DNA of 64,000 bases from Candidatus Eiseniibacteriota bacterium (GCA_963717505.1 OY970342.1:1152001-1216000); one strand, 5' to 3'; shown: positions 43,400 to 53,128, numbered from the stretch's first letter. A program made the numbers and translations. Notes: a model not told the origin generated them from the letters alone.

Positions 43400-44389
43400 T
43401 TACGGGACGCGGGCGATCGTTGCCGGACCTTCGGCGCGAAGCTCGGCCAGCGCGTGCGCGGCATGGTGTCGCACCCACCACTCGGGATCCTGAAGCAGCG
43501 GCGTGAGCGGCCGGATCGCGGTCGGGTCACCCAGGCGGCCGAGCGAGCGAGCGGCCTGCGCGCGAACCTCCCACGAGCCGTCGGTCAGGGCGCGGATCAG
43601 ATCCGGCGCCGCCTCGGTCAGGCCCAGCCGGCCCAGGGCGCGGGTCGCGGCCACGCGCAGATCGGTCGATGAACTCTCGAGCCGCCTCAGGATGGCGGGG
43701 ACCGCCGGCCGATGCCCCGCCGCTCCCAGCCGCTCGATCACCGAGCGTTCGAGAGCCTCATCGCCGATCCCCGCCAGCAAACGTTCGGCGAGCAATGCCG
43801 TGGCTCCCGGGCCGAAGGCGCGCAGCAGCGCCGTGCGCGAACGTGGCGTGCGCGAGGCGAAGTACGAGGGGTGATCGAGGATCCAGCGCAGGGTGCGCGC
43901 GTCGCGCTGCCGGGCGAGCGACTGTGCCGCGGCGTAGGCGACCAGCTCCGGTCCCTGTTCCAGTGCGTCGCGCAGCGCACGACGCGAGGATGCCGAGTGG
44001 ATGAATCCGAGCCGGCGCGCGGCCAGCTCGCGGCGCCACGGCGACTCGTGGCGCAGGGCCCGGCGTTCGCGTCGGTGGTGGCCGAGATCCGCGATCGCGT
44101 TCGACAGCCGGCGGAGCGCGCGGCCGTCGAGGTCGAGCGCCAGCGTTTCGAGCGCACCCCAGAACGTGACCTCGTCGGCGGCGCGAGCCTGCCGCCGGAT
44201 CGCGTGTGCGGAGCCGTCGGGGCCGGAATGCTCGCGCCAGATCCGCGCCACGACCGCCATCTGCTCGCGCGCGCGCTGCCGGTCGCGCCGCGAACGAATG
44301 CGCCCGAGCCAGAGCGCGGCCGCGACCAGGCCGAAGAACAGGACGGTCGCCGAGACCGTGGCCAGGAGCGAGAACACCGTGGGCATCAC
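43400..44389 (-). CDS. Membrane-anchored HEAT-repeat protein
   Basis: N-terminal TM; repeats LRVAATRALGRLG, WEVRAQAARSLGRLG, WWVRHHAAHAL. Confidence 0.85.
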   Translation of the reverse strand: MMPTVFSLLATVSATVLFFGLVAAALWLGRIRSRRDRQRAREQMAVVARIWREHSGPDGSAHAIRRQARAADEVTFWGALETLALDLDGRALRRLSNAIADLGHHRRERRALRHESPWRRELAARRLGFIHSASSRRALRDALEQGPELVAYAAAQSLARQRDARTLRWILDHPSYFASRTPRSRTALLRAFGPGATALLAERLLAGIGDEALERSVIERLGAAGHRPAVPAILRRLESSSTDLRVAATRALGRLGLTEAAPDLIRALTDGSWEVRAQAARSLGRLGDPTAIRPLTPLLQDPEWWVRHHAAHALAELRAEGPATIARVP

Positions 44390-44466
44390 CCGGGTTTCGG
44401 CCCCGGTCGCTCCGTGCTTGAGACGGGGCAGAGCCGGATTTGTGATCGCGTCCGCCGAACCCGAGA

Positions 44467-44820
44467 ATGCCGCCGATGCCTCGTCGTTCCCACCCGTGGC
44501 GCGGATGGCTCACGCCCGCACTCGCCCTGCTCGCTGCCGGTCCGCTGTCGCTGACGGCCGCGCTGCTCGTGCTCCTGCTCAACGCCCGTCAATTCGCCTC
44601 CGGGCCGGGGGAGCCGACCGCGGGGCGCGAGGAGGCCTGGGCCGCGATGTGGTTCGCCCTCGGCATCGTGGCGATCGGCCACGCGGTGTCGGCGGCAACC
44701 GCCGTGGTCCTCGCGGGTCGCTGGCTGATGCACCGTCGGCCGCTGGCTCTGCCGATCCGCATCGGCATCGGGTACGGCCTGGTGGCCGCGATCGTCATGG
44801 TCTGGTACTTCCTGTCGTAG
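44467..44820 (+). CDS. Small 3-TM hypothetical membrane protein
   Basis: Three hydrophobic segments; fills the gap between neighbouring genes. Start may be 44476. Confidence 0.6.
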   Translation: MPPMPRRSHPWRGWLTPALALLAAGPLSLTAALLVLLLNARQFASGPGEPTAGREEAWAAMWFALGIVAIGHAVSAATAVVLAGRWLMHRRPLALPIRIGIGYGLVAAIVMVWYFLS

Positions 44821-44833
44821 CCGATCCCGGGGC

Positions 44834-45607
44834 TCAGCTCGAATCACCGATCGGCATGCGGAACAGGTCGCGGGCGTTGGCGGTGGTCAGGCGCACCACC
44901 TCTTCGATGGACAGGCCGCGTGCCTGCGCGATGCGCGCAACCACACGGCGGAGCAGCGCAGGTTCGTTGCGCTTCAGCGAGCGCGGTTCCGGCTCGAGGT
45001 AGGGCGAGTCGGTCTCGAGCAACAGCATCTCGGCCGGCGCCATCGCGAGCGCTTCGTCCAGCTCGGCGTGACCGTAGGTCGCGCAGCCGCCGATCCCGAG
45101 TTTGAAGCCGAGCCCGGCGGCGCGTTCGACCGCGTTCGGGCCATCGTCGAAACAGTGGAGCACCCCGCCCGCCGCCGGTCGCATTTCCTCGAGGATCGCC
45201 AGCGTGTCCTCGAGTGCGCTGCGCTGGTGGATCACGACCGGCAGGCCCATCTGGTCGGCGAGCGCGAGCTGGGCGCGGAACCAGCGTTCCTGGTCGGCGC
45301 GCGGCGCGTAGTCCCGGAAGAAGTCGAGCCCGGTCTCGCCGATCGCGACCACGCGCGCATGCCGGGCGTGATCGCGGAGCGTTTCCAGGTACGAGTCGGG
45401 GACGCGGGCCGATTCGCTGGGATGAACGCCGACGCACAGGTAAACATTGGGGTGAGCGCGCGCCAGATCGTGGGCCTTGGCCACGATCTCGGGCGCATAG
45501 GCGATCTCGATGAAGTGCCGGACCCCGGCCTCGAAGGCGCGGCGCAGGACGTCCTCGCGGTCCTTGTCGAAGCGCTTGTCACACAGATGGCAATGGGTGT
45601 CGATCAT
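44834..45607 (-). CDS. tatD: TatD family hydrolase
   Basis: MIDTHCHL, GVHP, AIGETGLDF, VIHQR, VLHCF, LETDSPYL, RNEP. Confidence 0.95.
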   Translation of the reverse strand: MIDTHCHLCDKRFDKDREDVLRRAFEAGVRHFIEIAYAPEIVAKAHDLARAHPNVYLCVGVHPSESARVPDSYLETLRDHARHARVVAIGETGLDFFRDYAPRADQERWFRAQLALADQMGLPVVIHQRSALEDTLAILEEMRPAAGGVLHCFDDGPNAVERAAGLGFKLGIGGCATYGHAELDEALAMAPAEMLLLETDSPYLEPEPRSLKRNEPALLRRVVARIAQARGLSIEEVVRLTTANARDLFRMPIGDSS

Positions 45608-45759
45608 GCGCTGCACGTGGCAAAGCCGTGGACGTCGTCGAAGCACGGGTCGTCGAGCAGGGAGCCGAGCATCGTGTCCTCGGCGCGGTAGACGGTGCCC
45701 ATGCCGCCCGAGCCGATCGCCTCGAGGATCTTGTAGTGGGATAGTCGACGGCCGATCAC
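45604..45759 (-). pseudogene. 51-aa remnant of a Ser/Thr protein kinase (not in ORF track)
   Basis: Hand translation: MIGRRLSHYKILEAIGSGGMGTVYRAEDTMLGSLLDDPCFDDVHGFATCSA*. Contains kinase subdomain I; AGGAGG RBS; stop overlaps the tatD ATG. Confidence 0.75.
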
Positions 45760-45833
45760 GAAGGGCTTCCTCCTGGCCGGAACCGCGCCAGTCGCGGGCG
45801 CGAAGCGGCCGCAGGGGATCCCGGAGGGGGAAG

Positions 45834-46268
45834 ATGATGGTCGAAGGTCGACCGGGACCGCAACGCGCAGCTGCCCTGGCGGCCGATCTGGCCCGGGCGC
45901 TCGACGCTGAGGACTACGACGCGGTCGGGCCGCGCATCGCCGAAGACTGCGTCTACGAGACGGCGACCGCGGCGATCCGGGGAGCCGAGCCGATCGTCGC
46001 GTCGTACGCGACTTCGGGCGCGTGGACCCGGCGGACGTTCGAGGACGTGCGCTACGAGAGCCGGGTCGAGTCGCTCGACGACCACTCGGCCGCGATCGAG
46101 TTCACGGACTACCTGCTGTCGGCCGGGAACGGATGGCACCGCTATCGCTGCCGCCAGGAATTCACGTTCGGCGACGACGATCGCGTGATCCGCATCATCC
46201 ACCGCGAGCTGCCCGGCGAGCGCGAAGCGCTGAATGCGTTTCTCGCCCGATGCGGGATCGAGGCGTGA
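45834..46268 (+). CDS. SnoaL/NTF2-like family protein
   Basis: ALDAEDYDA...IAEDCVY...IRGAEPIV pattern followed by beta-strands. Confidence 0.75.
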   Translation: MMVEGRPGPQRAAALAADLARALDAEDYDAVGPRIAEDCVYETATAAIRGAEPIVASYATSGAWTRRTFEDVRYESRVESLDDHSAAIEFTDYLLSAGNGWHRYRCRQEFTFGDDDRVIRIIHRELPGEREALNAFLARCGIEA

Positions 46269-46319
46269 CCCGCGACCTCGATCGCCCTCGCCGCGGGGTA
46301 GACCGTTCGCAGGATTCCT

Positions 46320-47402
46320 CTACGGCATCACCAGAACCAGCCTCGGGTAGATGAGATTCTCGTTGGCGACTCGTTCGCGATTCAGATCCCAGATCTCGGG
46401 CCAGCGCGCCACGTCCCCCAGCTCGCGTTGGGCGATGAGGCTCAGCGTGTCCCCCGGCTTGACCGTGTAGTTCTTCTTGCCGGGCACGGGCTTCATGAAG
46501 ACCTCCGACGAGCTCGACAGGTACTCGCGCATCAGATCCGCGTACTGCGGCGTCGCCTTGAAGCCGTCGATTGCCTGGTTGATCTCGTAGACGAGGTCGT
46601 AGTTCCCCTTGGGGACGCCAACCGCGTACTTGGACTGGTTGAGGTTGTATTTCACGATGACGGTGCGTGGATGGTTCTTGATCTCCTCGGCGGCGAAGGG
46701 GTAGTCGTAGATCAGCGCGTCGGCCTGATCGTTCTCGACGGCTTCGAACCAGCCGTCGTCGCCCGAGAACTTGCTGATGTGCGCCCCCGGAATGTTCTGC
46801 TCCACCCACCGCTCGGCCGCCGGATCGTCGTAGATGGCGATGCGCTTCCCGGACAGATCGCCGGGCGAGCGGAACTGGGAGACCATGCCTTCGTGCACGA
46901 TCATGCACAGTCCGAAATCGAGGTATCCGTTCGACCAGTCGACACCCTCGATGGACGGATCGGGGACGTAGCCGGCCATGATGAGATCGATGTCGCCGGC
47001 GGCGAGCCGCGCCGGCAGATCCTCGTAGTCCGCCTCGAGCACTTCGACCTTCTTGGCGCCGATGGCCTCGGCGACGACGCCGGCCATGCGAAAGTCGAAC
47101 CCGTCCTCCTGCTTCCGTGCGTTCACGAAGTGGAGGGGCGGCGCGTCGGGCTCCATGCCGACACGCATCGTGCCGCTGCTCCGGACGCGAGCGAGGACGC
47201 CGCCCTGGGAGGAAGGCGTCCCGCGCGTGTCACCGCTCTCCTTCCGATCCGCGCTCGGCAAGCCGCCCGGGAGCTTGAAGGGCAGGCGGTCACGATAAGA
47301 CCATGCGGCAAAGCCGAGCACGGCCAGCCCCACGACGACGATCAGCAGACGGCCGGCCGCCGTGAGACGGACGGCACCTTTTTCCGATCCCCACATGTTC
47401 AT
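46320..47402 (-). CDS. Membrane-anchored PBPb (SBP family 3) + LysM protein
   Basis: TM, MRVGMEPDAPPL, EDGFDF, IDLIMAG, and C-terminal LysM YTVKPGDTLSLIA...NENLIYP. ATGA overlap with the oxidase stop. Confidence 0.88.
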   Translation of the reverse strand: MNMWGSEKGAVRLTAAGRLLIVVVGLAVLGFAAWSYRDRLPFKLPGGLPSADRKESGDTRGTPSSQGGVLARVRSSGTMRVGMEPDAPPLHFVNARKQEDGFDFRMAGVVAEAIGAKKVEVLEADYEDLPARLAAGDIDLIMAGYVPDPSIEGVDWSNGYLDFGLCMIVHEGMVSQFRSPGDLSGKRIAIYDDPAAERWVEQNIPGAHISKFSGDDGWFEAVENDQADALIYDYPFAAEEIKNHPRTVIVKYNLNQSKYAVGVPKGNYDLVYEINQAIDGFKATPQYADLMREYLSSSSEVFMKPVPGKKNYTVKPGDTLSLIAQRELGDVARWPEIWDLNRERVANENLIYPRLVLVMP

Positions 47403-49049
47403 CGACGTCCCTCCGTTGCACCGACCTCGACCAACATCGCCGAGGCGCCGCTGTCGGCCGGCGCCCCGCTCAATAGAGACATGACGGCCTTGGCGACGTC
47501 CAAGCCGGACTGCGCCGCGCCGTTCATGTATCCCTGAAAGTCGTAACTGCAGTGCTCGCCCGCAAAGAAGAGATTGCCGACCGGCATCCCCTCGGAATTG
47601 GCGATGGTGGTCCACTGGCCGGGCTTGTAGCAGGAGTAGCTGCCCTTGGTCCACGGGAAGGTCGGCCAGTGGAACCGGGACACCTTGCCGTTGCGCTTCG
47701 CCAGCGCACCCGGGTACGCGCGCTCGATCCCCGGCAAGAGCCGCGCCGCCGCCGCCTCGGCCGTGCCGTTGCCGGACTCGATGCCGAGCCGCCCGCCCGA
47801 GTAGAGCGTGAGCCCGCCCTCGGCGCCGGGCTGCAGGAAGCTGTTGTCCCAGGCGAGCTGGAACATCTCGTCCGAGTAGGTGGAGCCGGTGTAGCCCTGC
47901 TCGATCCACGGCCGGTTGCGGAACCCAACCAGAACCTTCGCGTTCGTTCCGTAGCCAAGCTCCTGAATCGCCTTCTTTTTGACCGGCGGCAGATCCACCT
48001 GCTCGAACGTCACTTCGCGCAACAGCGTGAACGGAATCGCCAGGACCACGACGTCGGCGTGCTCGTCCTTCGCGCCACTGTCGGTCTGGAAGGTCAGCGT
48101 GAATCCCTTGCCCCGGCCGCGAATGGCCTCGAGCCGGTGGCGCCTCTGAATCTGCGGAGCGACACGCCGGGCCAGTTCGTCCACGAGCTGCTGGTTGCCG
48201 CCGCGCACCTTGTAGCGCTCGTCGCTCTCGCCGAGCAGGTCGAACCGGGCCGCGTCGGCCAGGTCCCCCGTGCCGATGAGGAACAGGAAGTTGAGCGCCG
48301 ATTGCTCGCCCGCTTCCAACCCGTACTCCGTGACGTACGCGACATCGAGGACCTTGCGCAGCCAGCCGCTCGCACCGATCGAGTCGAGGTACTCGGCCAC
48401 CGACATCCGATCGAAGGTCGCCGCCGCCGCCTTCGGTCTGCCAGTCGACGACCTCGCCCATCGAGTCGTAGTGCTCCTGGATCTTCTTCGCCAGCGGCAC
48501 GAACTCGCGGGCCGCCTGGGCGATCGTGTAGTGCCGGCCGCCGACGAAGTACGTCTCCTTCTTGAGACGGCTCGCCTCGGGGTCCAGGGTGTCGAGCTGC
48601 CCGAGGCCGAACTCGTTCATCAGGGCCAGCATCTCCTCGTGACCGCTGTCGATGAATTCACCGCCCAGCTCGGTCGTGATCCCGGTGCCGAGGAGGTCCT
48701 TGGCCGTAAACATCCGGCCGCCGGTCCGGTCGGAGCCTTCGAAGACCTTTGCGGTCAGGCCGGCCTTCTGGAGCTTGTAGGCCGCGTTGAGTCCGGCCAT
48801 GCCGGCGCCGACGATGACGACACGGGCGGCGCCTGCGCCACGCGCGGACCCTGCCCGCGACGACTTCCCGGGGGTGCAGCTCACCATCGCCCCGGCGGCC
48901 GCCAGGGCAGACACCTGGAGGAAGCGCCGGCGGCTGTAAGCCATCTCGACCAGCTCGTCGAGCGGCGGGAGGTCCGTCCGTTCGCGAGCGGCCAGGGTCG
49001 CCAGCCGAATGGCGCGGTTGATCGAATCGAACAGGGGCGTTCGGGCCAC
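47399..49049 (-). CDS. Flavin monoamine-oxidase family protein with twin-arginine motif (frameshift ~48420)
   Basis: SRRRFLQ, GAGMAGL, RTGGRMFT, ELGGEFID in the first frame; GSYSCY, FAGEH, GYMNGAAQSG in the second frame (47399-48406). Confidence 0.85.
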
Positions 49050-49088
49050 GGTTACCTCCCTCGAGAACGTCGGGTCGATCCCCGGCGC

Positions 49089-50828
49089 TCAGTCGTTGAG
49101 CAGGACGCGAAGTTCGTTGATCCTCGACTGAAGCGCCGCGCGGTCCACGGTGCGATAAACGTCCGGCAAAACCTCCTTCGACGTGCACTCCTGGACGGCC
49201 ACGAGGATCTGTAGCTCGCGCTCCAGATGGCTCGAGGCCGAGACGAAGTCCTCGAAGACGCCTTTGAGCACCTCGCGAGGGATCGGCAGGTCGCTGCCAT
49301 CGCCGCCGGCATCCGCGACCAGGGCCGCCCGGGCCAGGATGGCTTCGATGTCCGCCCCCGAAAGGCCCGACGGGTCGCCGGCCACCTCGCGGATCGACGT
49401 GGCGTTCGTCGTGAGGCCGCCCTTCTTGAGCATGATCTTGAACAGCGCGTCGTACTCCGAATCGTTCTGGGGGTAGAAGAGCGCGAGATGCTCCTCGGCC
49501 CGCCCCTGACGCTTCAAGTCGATCGGCAGCAGGTCGGGCCGGCAGGTGATCAGGAACCAGACGATCCGGCCGCGGTACTCGGTATTCGCCATGAACGAGG
49601 CGAGCTGGGCGAAGACGCGATTGGACGTGCCGGAGTCGCCCTCCTGATTGCGGTCGCCGAGAAACGCGTCGGCTTCGTCGATGATGACGCCCACCGGCCA
49701 CATCGCGTGGAGCAGCTTGAGGATCTTCTCGAGATTGCCTTCGGTCACGCCCTGCCACTGGGAACGGAAGTTCAGGAACTTGACGCACGGAAACCCGATC
49801 TCGCCGGTGAAGCAATTGACCAGGAAGGTCTTGGCCGAGCCGACCGGCCCGGCGATGAGATAGCCCATCGGCACTCCGCGCAACCGGCCCGACAGGATGG
49901 CCTGGGCCGCGCGGCGCAGCCGCTGCTTGACCCCTTCGTGCCCGGACACCATGTCGAGGGTGAACTTCGACTCCACGTATTCGAGGAGGCCGAAGCACTC
50001 GGCTTCGAGCACCGCCTTCTTCTGTTGGCGTAGCTCGCCGGCGTCGAGCCGCGCCCGTCGCTCGTCCACCGAGGACAGGATCTGCCGGAGCTGGATGCGC
50101 GCCAGACCCGACGTGAGTCGGGACAGCCGCTCGGCGGTCAGATCCGAGTTGGCCGCGAACCACGCTCCATCGCGGACCGACTGGATGAACGCGAGCCGCT
50201 CGGCCTCTCCCGGCCGCTCGACTTCGATCTCGATGGTTTGGGGCGAGCGCACGATCCGCGTGCTCAGGTCGGCCAGGTTCTCGGTGACGAGTACGAACGT
50301 CACATTGGCGGCGAGCAGCGCCGGATCGGTCGACCATTTCTGAAAGAACAGGCGGGAGGCGCGATCTTCGGCGCCGGCGTCACCGGCTGATTCGGGAATC
50401 AACGTCTCGGCGTAGGGGAAGATCACCGCCACGCCGACCGAGGAGGGTCGATTCACCATCTGTTTGAGGAACGAGTCGAGCAGAGAAAGGAACCGGCCCG
50501 GATCGCGCGGGGTCGAGCGCGCGTAGTCAGTACCGTGGATGGCGTCCACGGCCTCGAGGACCTCATTGAAGAGCTTATGGGACTCGCGGGTATGGAAGGT
50601 GGCGCCGTTGGCGCGCTGGTACTCGAGCACGACCTCGCGCGCGCCGAAGATCCGCTCGGCGAGCCACGCCGTCAGCGGAAGGAAACGGGGAGTGCTCCCC
50701 GACTCGGGTGGCACCGGGACGACGTCATGGGTGTTGCCGTGCAGGATGAACGTGTTGCCGAGGCGGGCCCGAATGCCGTGAACCAGCCTGCCGGCCCAGG
50801 CCGGCCCGATGTCGGCCGCCGTACTCAA
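49089..50828 (-). CDS. Classic-clade AAA+ ATPase (degenerate N-terminal domain plus intact C-terminal AAA domain)
   Basis: Walker A GPVGSAKT, pore loop SQWQG, Walker B IIDEAD, LITCRPD, Arg fingers KRQGR, SGADIE. TTG start overlaps the upstream stop (TTGA). Confidence 0.88.
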   Translation of the reverse strand: MSTAADIGPAWAGRLVHGIRARLGNTFILHGNTHDVVPVPPESGSTPRFLPLTAWLAERIFGAREVVLEYQRANGATFHTRESHKLFNEVLEAVDAIHGTDYARSTPRDPGRFLSLLDSFLKQMVNRPSSVGVAVIFPYAETLIPESAGDAGAEDRASRLFFQKWSTDPALLAANVTFVLVTENLADLSTRIVRSPQTIEIEVERPGEAERLAFIQSVRDGAWFAANSDLTAERLSRLTSGLARIQLRQILSSVDERRARLDAGELRQQKKAVLEAECFGLLEYVESKFTLDMVSGHEGVKQRLRRAAQAILSGRLRGVPMGYLIAGPVGSAKTFLVNCFTGEIGFPCVKFLNFRSQWQGVTEGNLEKILKLLHAMWPVGVIIDEADAFLGDRNQEGDSGTSNRVFAQLASFMANTEYRGRIVWFLITCRPDLLPIDLKRQGRAEEHLALFYPQNDSEYDALFKIMLKKGGLTTNATSIREVAGDPSGLSGADIEAILARAALVADAGGDGSDLPIPREVLKGVFEDFVSASSHLERELQILVAVQECTSKEVLPDVYRTVDRAALQSRINELRVLLND

Positions 50829-51712
50829 CGTCGGGTCACCTTGCGGCCGCTCCGGCCCCCCGGGTCGCCTTCGGTCGGCGCCACGTCCACGTCGGACAGT
50901 CCCGCGCCCCATTCGCTCGCGCCTTCGCGCAACAATGCCTCCATCTCGCGGACCACCCGGCCCGAGCTCTCCGACTGCAGCACAATGGCATCCAGCTCGC
51001 CCGCGATCGCCTCGGGATCGCGCATCGAGATCGAGTTCTGGTGCAGCACCTCGAGCAGCGAAGCCATCGAGTCGAGCTCGGTGGACAGGGCCTTCATCGT
51101 GCCGAGCGCGTCCGCGTTCGACGCCAGCAACCGTCGCTTGAGCTCGAGGTTTTCGCCGATGGCGGCCCGTGCCCGATCGTTCAGGTTCGTCTGCTCGAGC
51201 TCCTGTTCGAGGCGTGCGATCTCCTTCTGGATCCGCTCGGGCGGACGCGCGGCCAGGGTCTGGTCGTATCGCTGGAGCGCCGTCATGCGCTGCACGCAAC
51301 CGTCGAGGATCTGGTCGAGCTTGTCGCGTTGTTCCGACAGGTAGACCTGGGAGATGCCGTGAAGTCCCTGGTAGTTGGCTTCGATCTGACGGCACTGCGA
51401 CTCCAGGGCGGCGTATCGGCGCCCGAACTCGGGAACGAACGAATCGATGATCCGCTTCCGTCGATCCATCACCCCCCGGAGCGCCCGCTCCCGCCGCCGG
51501 CGCGCGACCCATCGACGGAGCGGACCCGAATCGAGAAGGGGCAGCAGTACCAGCTGCCCGCCGACCCAAAGCAGAAGGGGCAGGGGACTCTGCGCGACGA
51601 GCGACACCAGGACCACGCCGCCCAGGAGGATCGCCTGATACTGGTTGAGGATCAGGTCGCTCAGGATCGACCCGGCCGGACCGCGGTCCTGATCTCGATC
51701 GGGCAGGGCCAT
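50825..51712 (-). CDS. Membrane-anchored coiled-coil protein
   Basis: N-terminal hydrophobic hairpin (AILLGGVVLVSLVA-PLPLLLWVGGQLVLL) followed by long heptad helices. Confidence 0.75.
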   Translation of the reverse strand: MALPDRDQDRGPAGSILSDLILNQYQAILLGGVVLVSLVAQSPLPLLLWVGGQLVLLPLLDSGPLRRWVARRRRERALRGVMDRRKRIIDSFVPEFGRRYAALESQCRQIEANYQGLHGISQVYLSEQRDKLDQILDGCVQRMTALQRYDQTLAARPPERIQKEIARLEQELEQTNLNDRARAAIGENLELKRRLLASNADALGTMKALSTELDSMASLLEVLHQNSISMRDPEAIAGELDAIVLQSESSGRVVREMEALLREGASEWGAGLSDVDVAPTEGDPGGRSGRKVTRR

Positions 51713-51720
51713 CGCCCGAA

Positions 51721-52467
51721 TCAAGAGCCCCGGTTCTCGGCGACTCGCGGGCCCACGGTCGGGGTCGCCGGCGTCTCCGTGACCGACGCCGGCTTGGCCA
51801 GGCCCATCTCGGCTTCGAACTGCTGAAGAATGCTGGCCGCTTTCAGTTTGCGGGCGGTGCGCTCCCGCTCGATGGTCTGCATGTCGATCGATCCCGTCGC
51901 GATCTCGACCGCCGCCTTCGATTCGGCGGCCTCTTGCTGGATCCGCTCGAGGAACTTGTCGGCCGTGGCCGCCACGCCGTAGGACTGCAGCTCGACGATG
52001 GCGTCCGCGGCGCTCTTCATCACGACCGACTTCTTGTGTTCCTTGAGCGCCTTCTGGCACATCTCGATCTTGGCCTTGAGCTTGGTCTTGAGCGACTCGA
52101 CCGAGACGCTGGCCGAGTCGTGTGCGTTCTTCGCCGCCGTGAGCTGATCCTCGGTGCTCGCGAGGTCGACCCGCAGCTGCTGGATCTGGATCGCGTCGTG
52201 CTCGGCCACGTCGCGAGCCGCCGCCGACCCGTCTCGCAACGCCGCCTGGATCGAAGCCGTGAGCTGCTTGTCCTGGCGCACGAGCCCGTCCCGTTCCTCC
52301 TCGAGGCGCAGCACCGTCGCCCGCGTCGCGACCAGGACCGAGTTGAGCTTCGGCATCGTCGTCCGCATCTCCTCGATCGCGTCCTCGAGCATGACTTCCG
52401 GATCTTCGGCCTTGGAGATGAAGAAGCCCATCCAGGCGCGGAACAGCCTAGCGATTCTCTCGAACAT
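51721..52467 (-). CDS. PspA/IM30 (ESCRT-III superfamily) protein
   Basis: Amphipathic MFERIARLFRAW, AEDPEVMLEDAIEEM signature, long helical hairpin, and C-terminal helices; GGAGG RBS. Confidence 0.88.
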   Translation of the reverse strand: MFERIARLFRAWMGFFISKAEDPEVMLEDAIEEMRTTMPKLNSVLVATRATVLRLEEERDGLVRQDKQLTASIQAALRDGSAAARDVAEHDAIQIQQLRVDLASTEDQLTAAKNAHDSASVSVESLKTKLKAKIEMCQKALKEHKKSVVMKSAADAIVELQSYGVAATADKFLERIQQEAAESKAAVEIATGSIDMQTIERERTARKLKAASILQQFEAEMGLAKPASVTETPATPTVGPRVAENRGS

Positions 52468-53128
52468 GACCACCTCCCTGTGTCGTGGGCGGCACGGTGG
52501 CCGAGATGGGGTTCTCGGACACGAAATAGCGGACGGTGTCCGCGATCCGGTTCTCCTCCGCGCGCTTGCGGTCCCGCCATGCGGCGAGACTCGATTCCTC
52601 CTCGCGAACGTGCCGGTTGTTGGCGTCGATCTTCGCCCGGAGCTGGGCCACCTGCTGCTCGATCTCCTTCTCGAGGCTCCGATTTTCCGTCTCGCCGGCC
52701 GCGCGCAGAGCGGCGACCGTTTTCTCCAGCACCTTTTCGTAGGTGTCGAGGGCACGGTCGCGTTGCACCGCGTCTTCCACGATGCTGTCGACCGATACGC
52801 GGGCGGCATCCAGCGCCACCAGGATCGACTTTCGCTTCACGTCCTCGGGCAGGTCTCGCAGGTGCTCGCTGTCGAGCATCTCCGCCACCTTGAGGATGGA
52901 ATAACCGTGGGCGGGTGTGACGATCCGGGCCGCGGAATAGATCTCGTCGAAAACCGTAGGGTCGGCCACCGGCTTGGCGAACGCGGCTTCGGGAACGGTT
53001 TCGGGTGCGAGTTCTCCCGCCCGTCTCGGAGCCGCCGCCTTGCCTGATGGATTTGGTCGCGCCGGTGCGCCTTTGGCGTCGGCCGGACGGTCCGTCACCA
53101 CGAAAAAGTCATACCACTTCTTCGTCAT
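52448..53128 (-). CDS. Alpha-helical hypothetical protein (first gene of the PspA operon)
   Basis: MTKKWYDFFVV start, Pro/Ala linker, helical domain, C-terminal coiled coil; overlaps the pspA-like gene by 20 nt. Confidence 0.75.
   Translation of the reverse strand: MTKKWYDFFVVTDRPADAKGAPARPNPSGKAAAPRRAGELAPETVPEAAFAKPVADPTVFDEIYSAARIVTPAHGYSILKVAEMLDSEHLRDLPEDVKRKSILVALDAARVSVDSIVEDAVQRDRALDTYEKVLEKTVAALRAAGETENRSLEKEIEQQVAQLRAKIDANNRHVREEESSLAAWRDRKRAEENRIADTVRYFVSENPISATVPPTTQGGGHVRENR

Noticed and set aside
46320-49049. 909-aa 'oxidase-PBPb-LysM fusion' in the ORF track
   Set aside because: Artefact of the ~48420 frameshift. The middle part is off-frame, the real oxidase C-terminus is in ORF 47399-48406, and the PBPb-LysM gene has its own RBS and ATG at 47402.
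49089-53128. PspA-AAA operon as a known anti-phage defence system
   Set aside because: No nuclease, TIR, SIR2 or other recognisable effector domain. A defence role cannot be excluded but has no support in the sequence.
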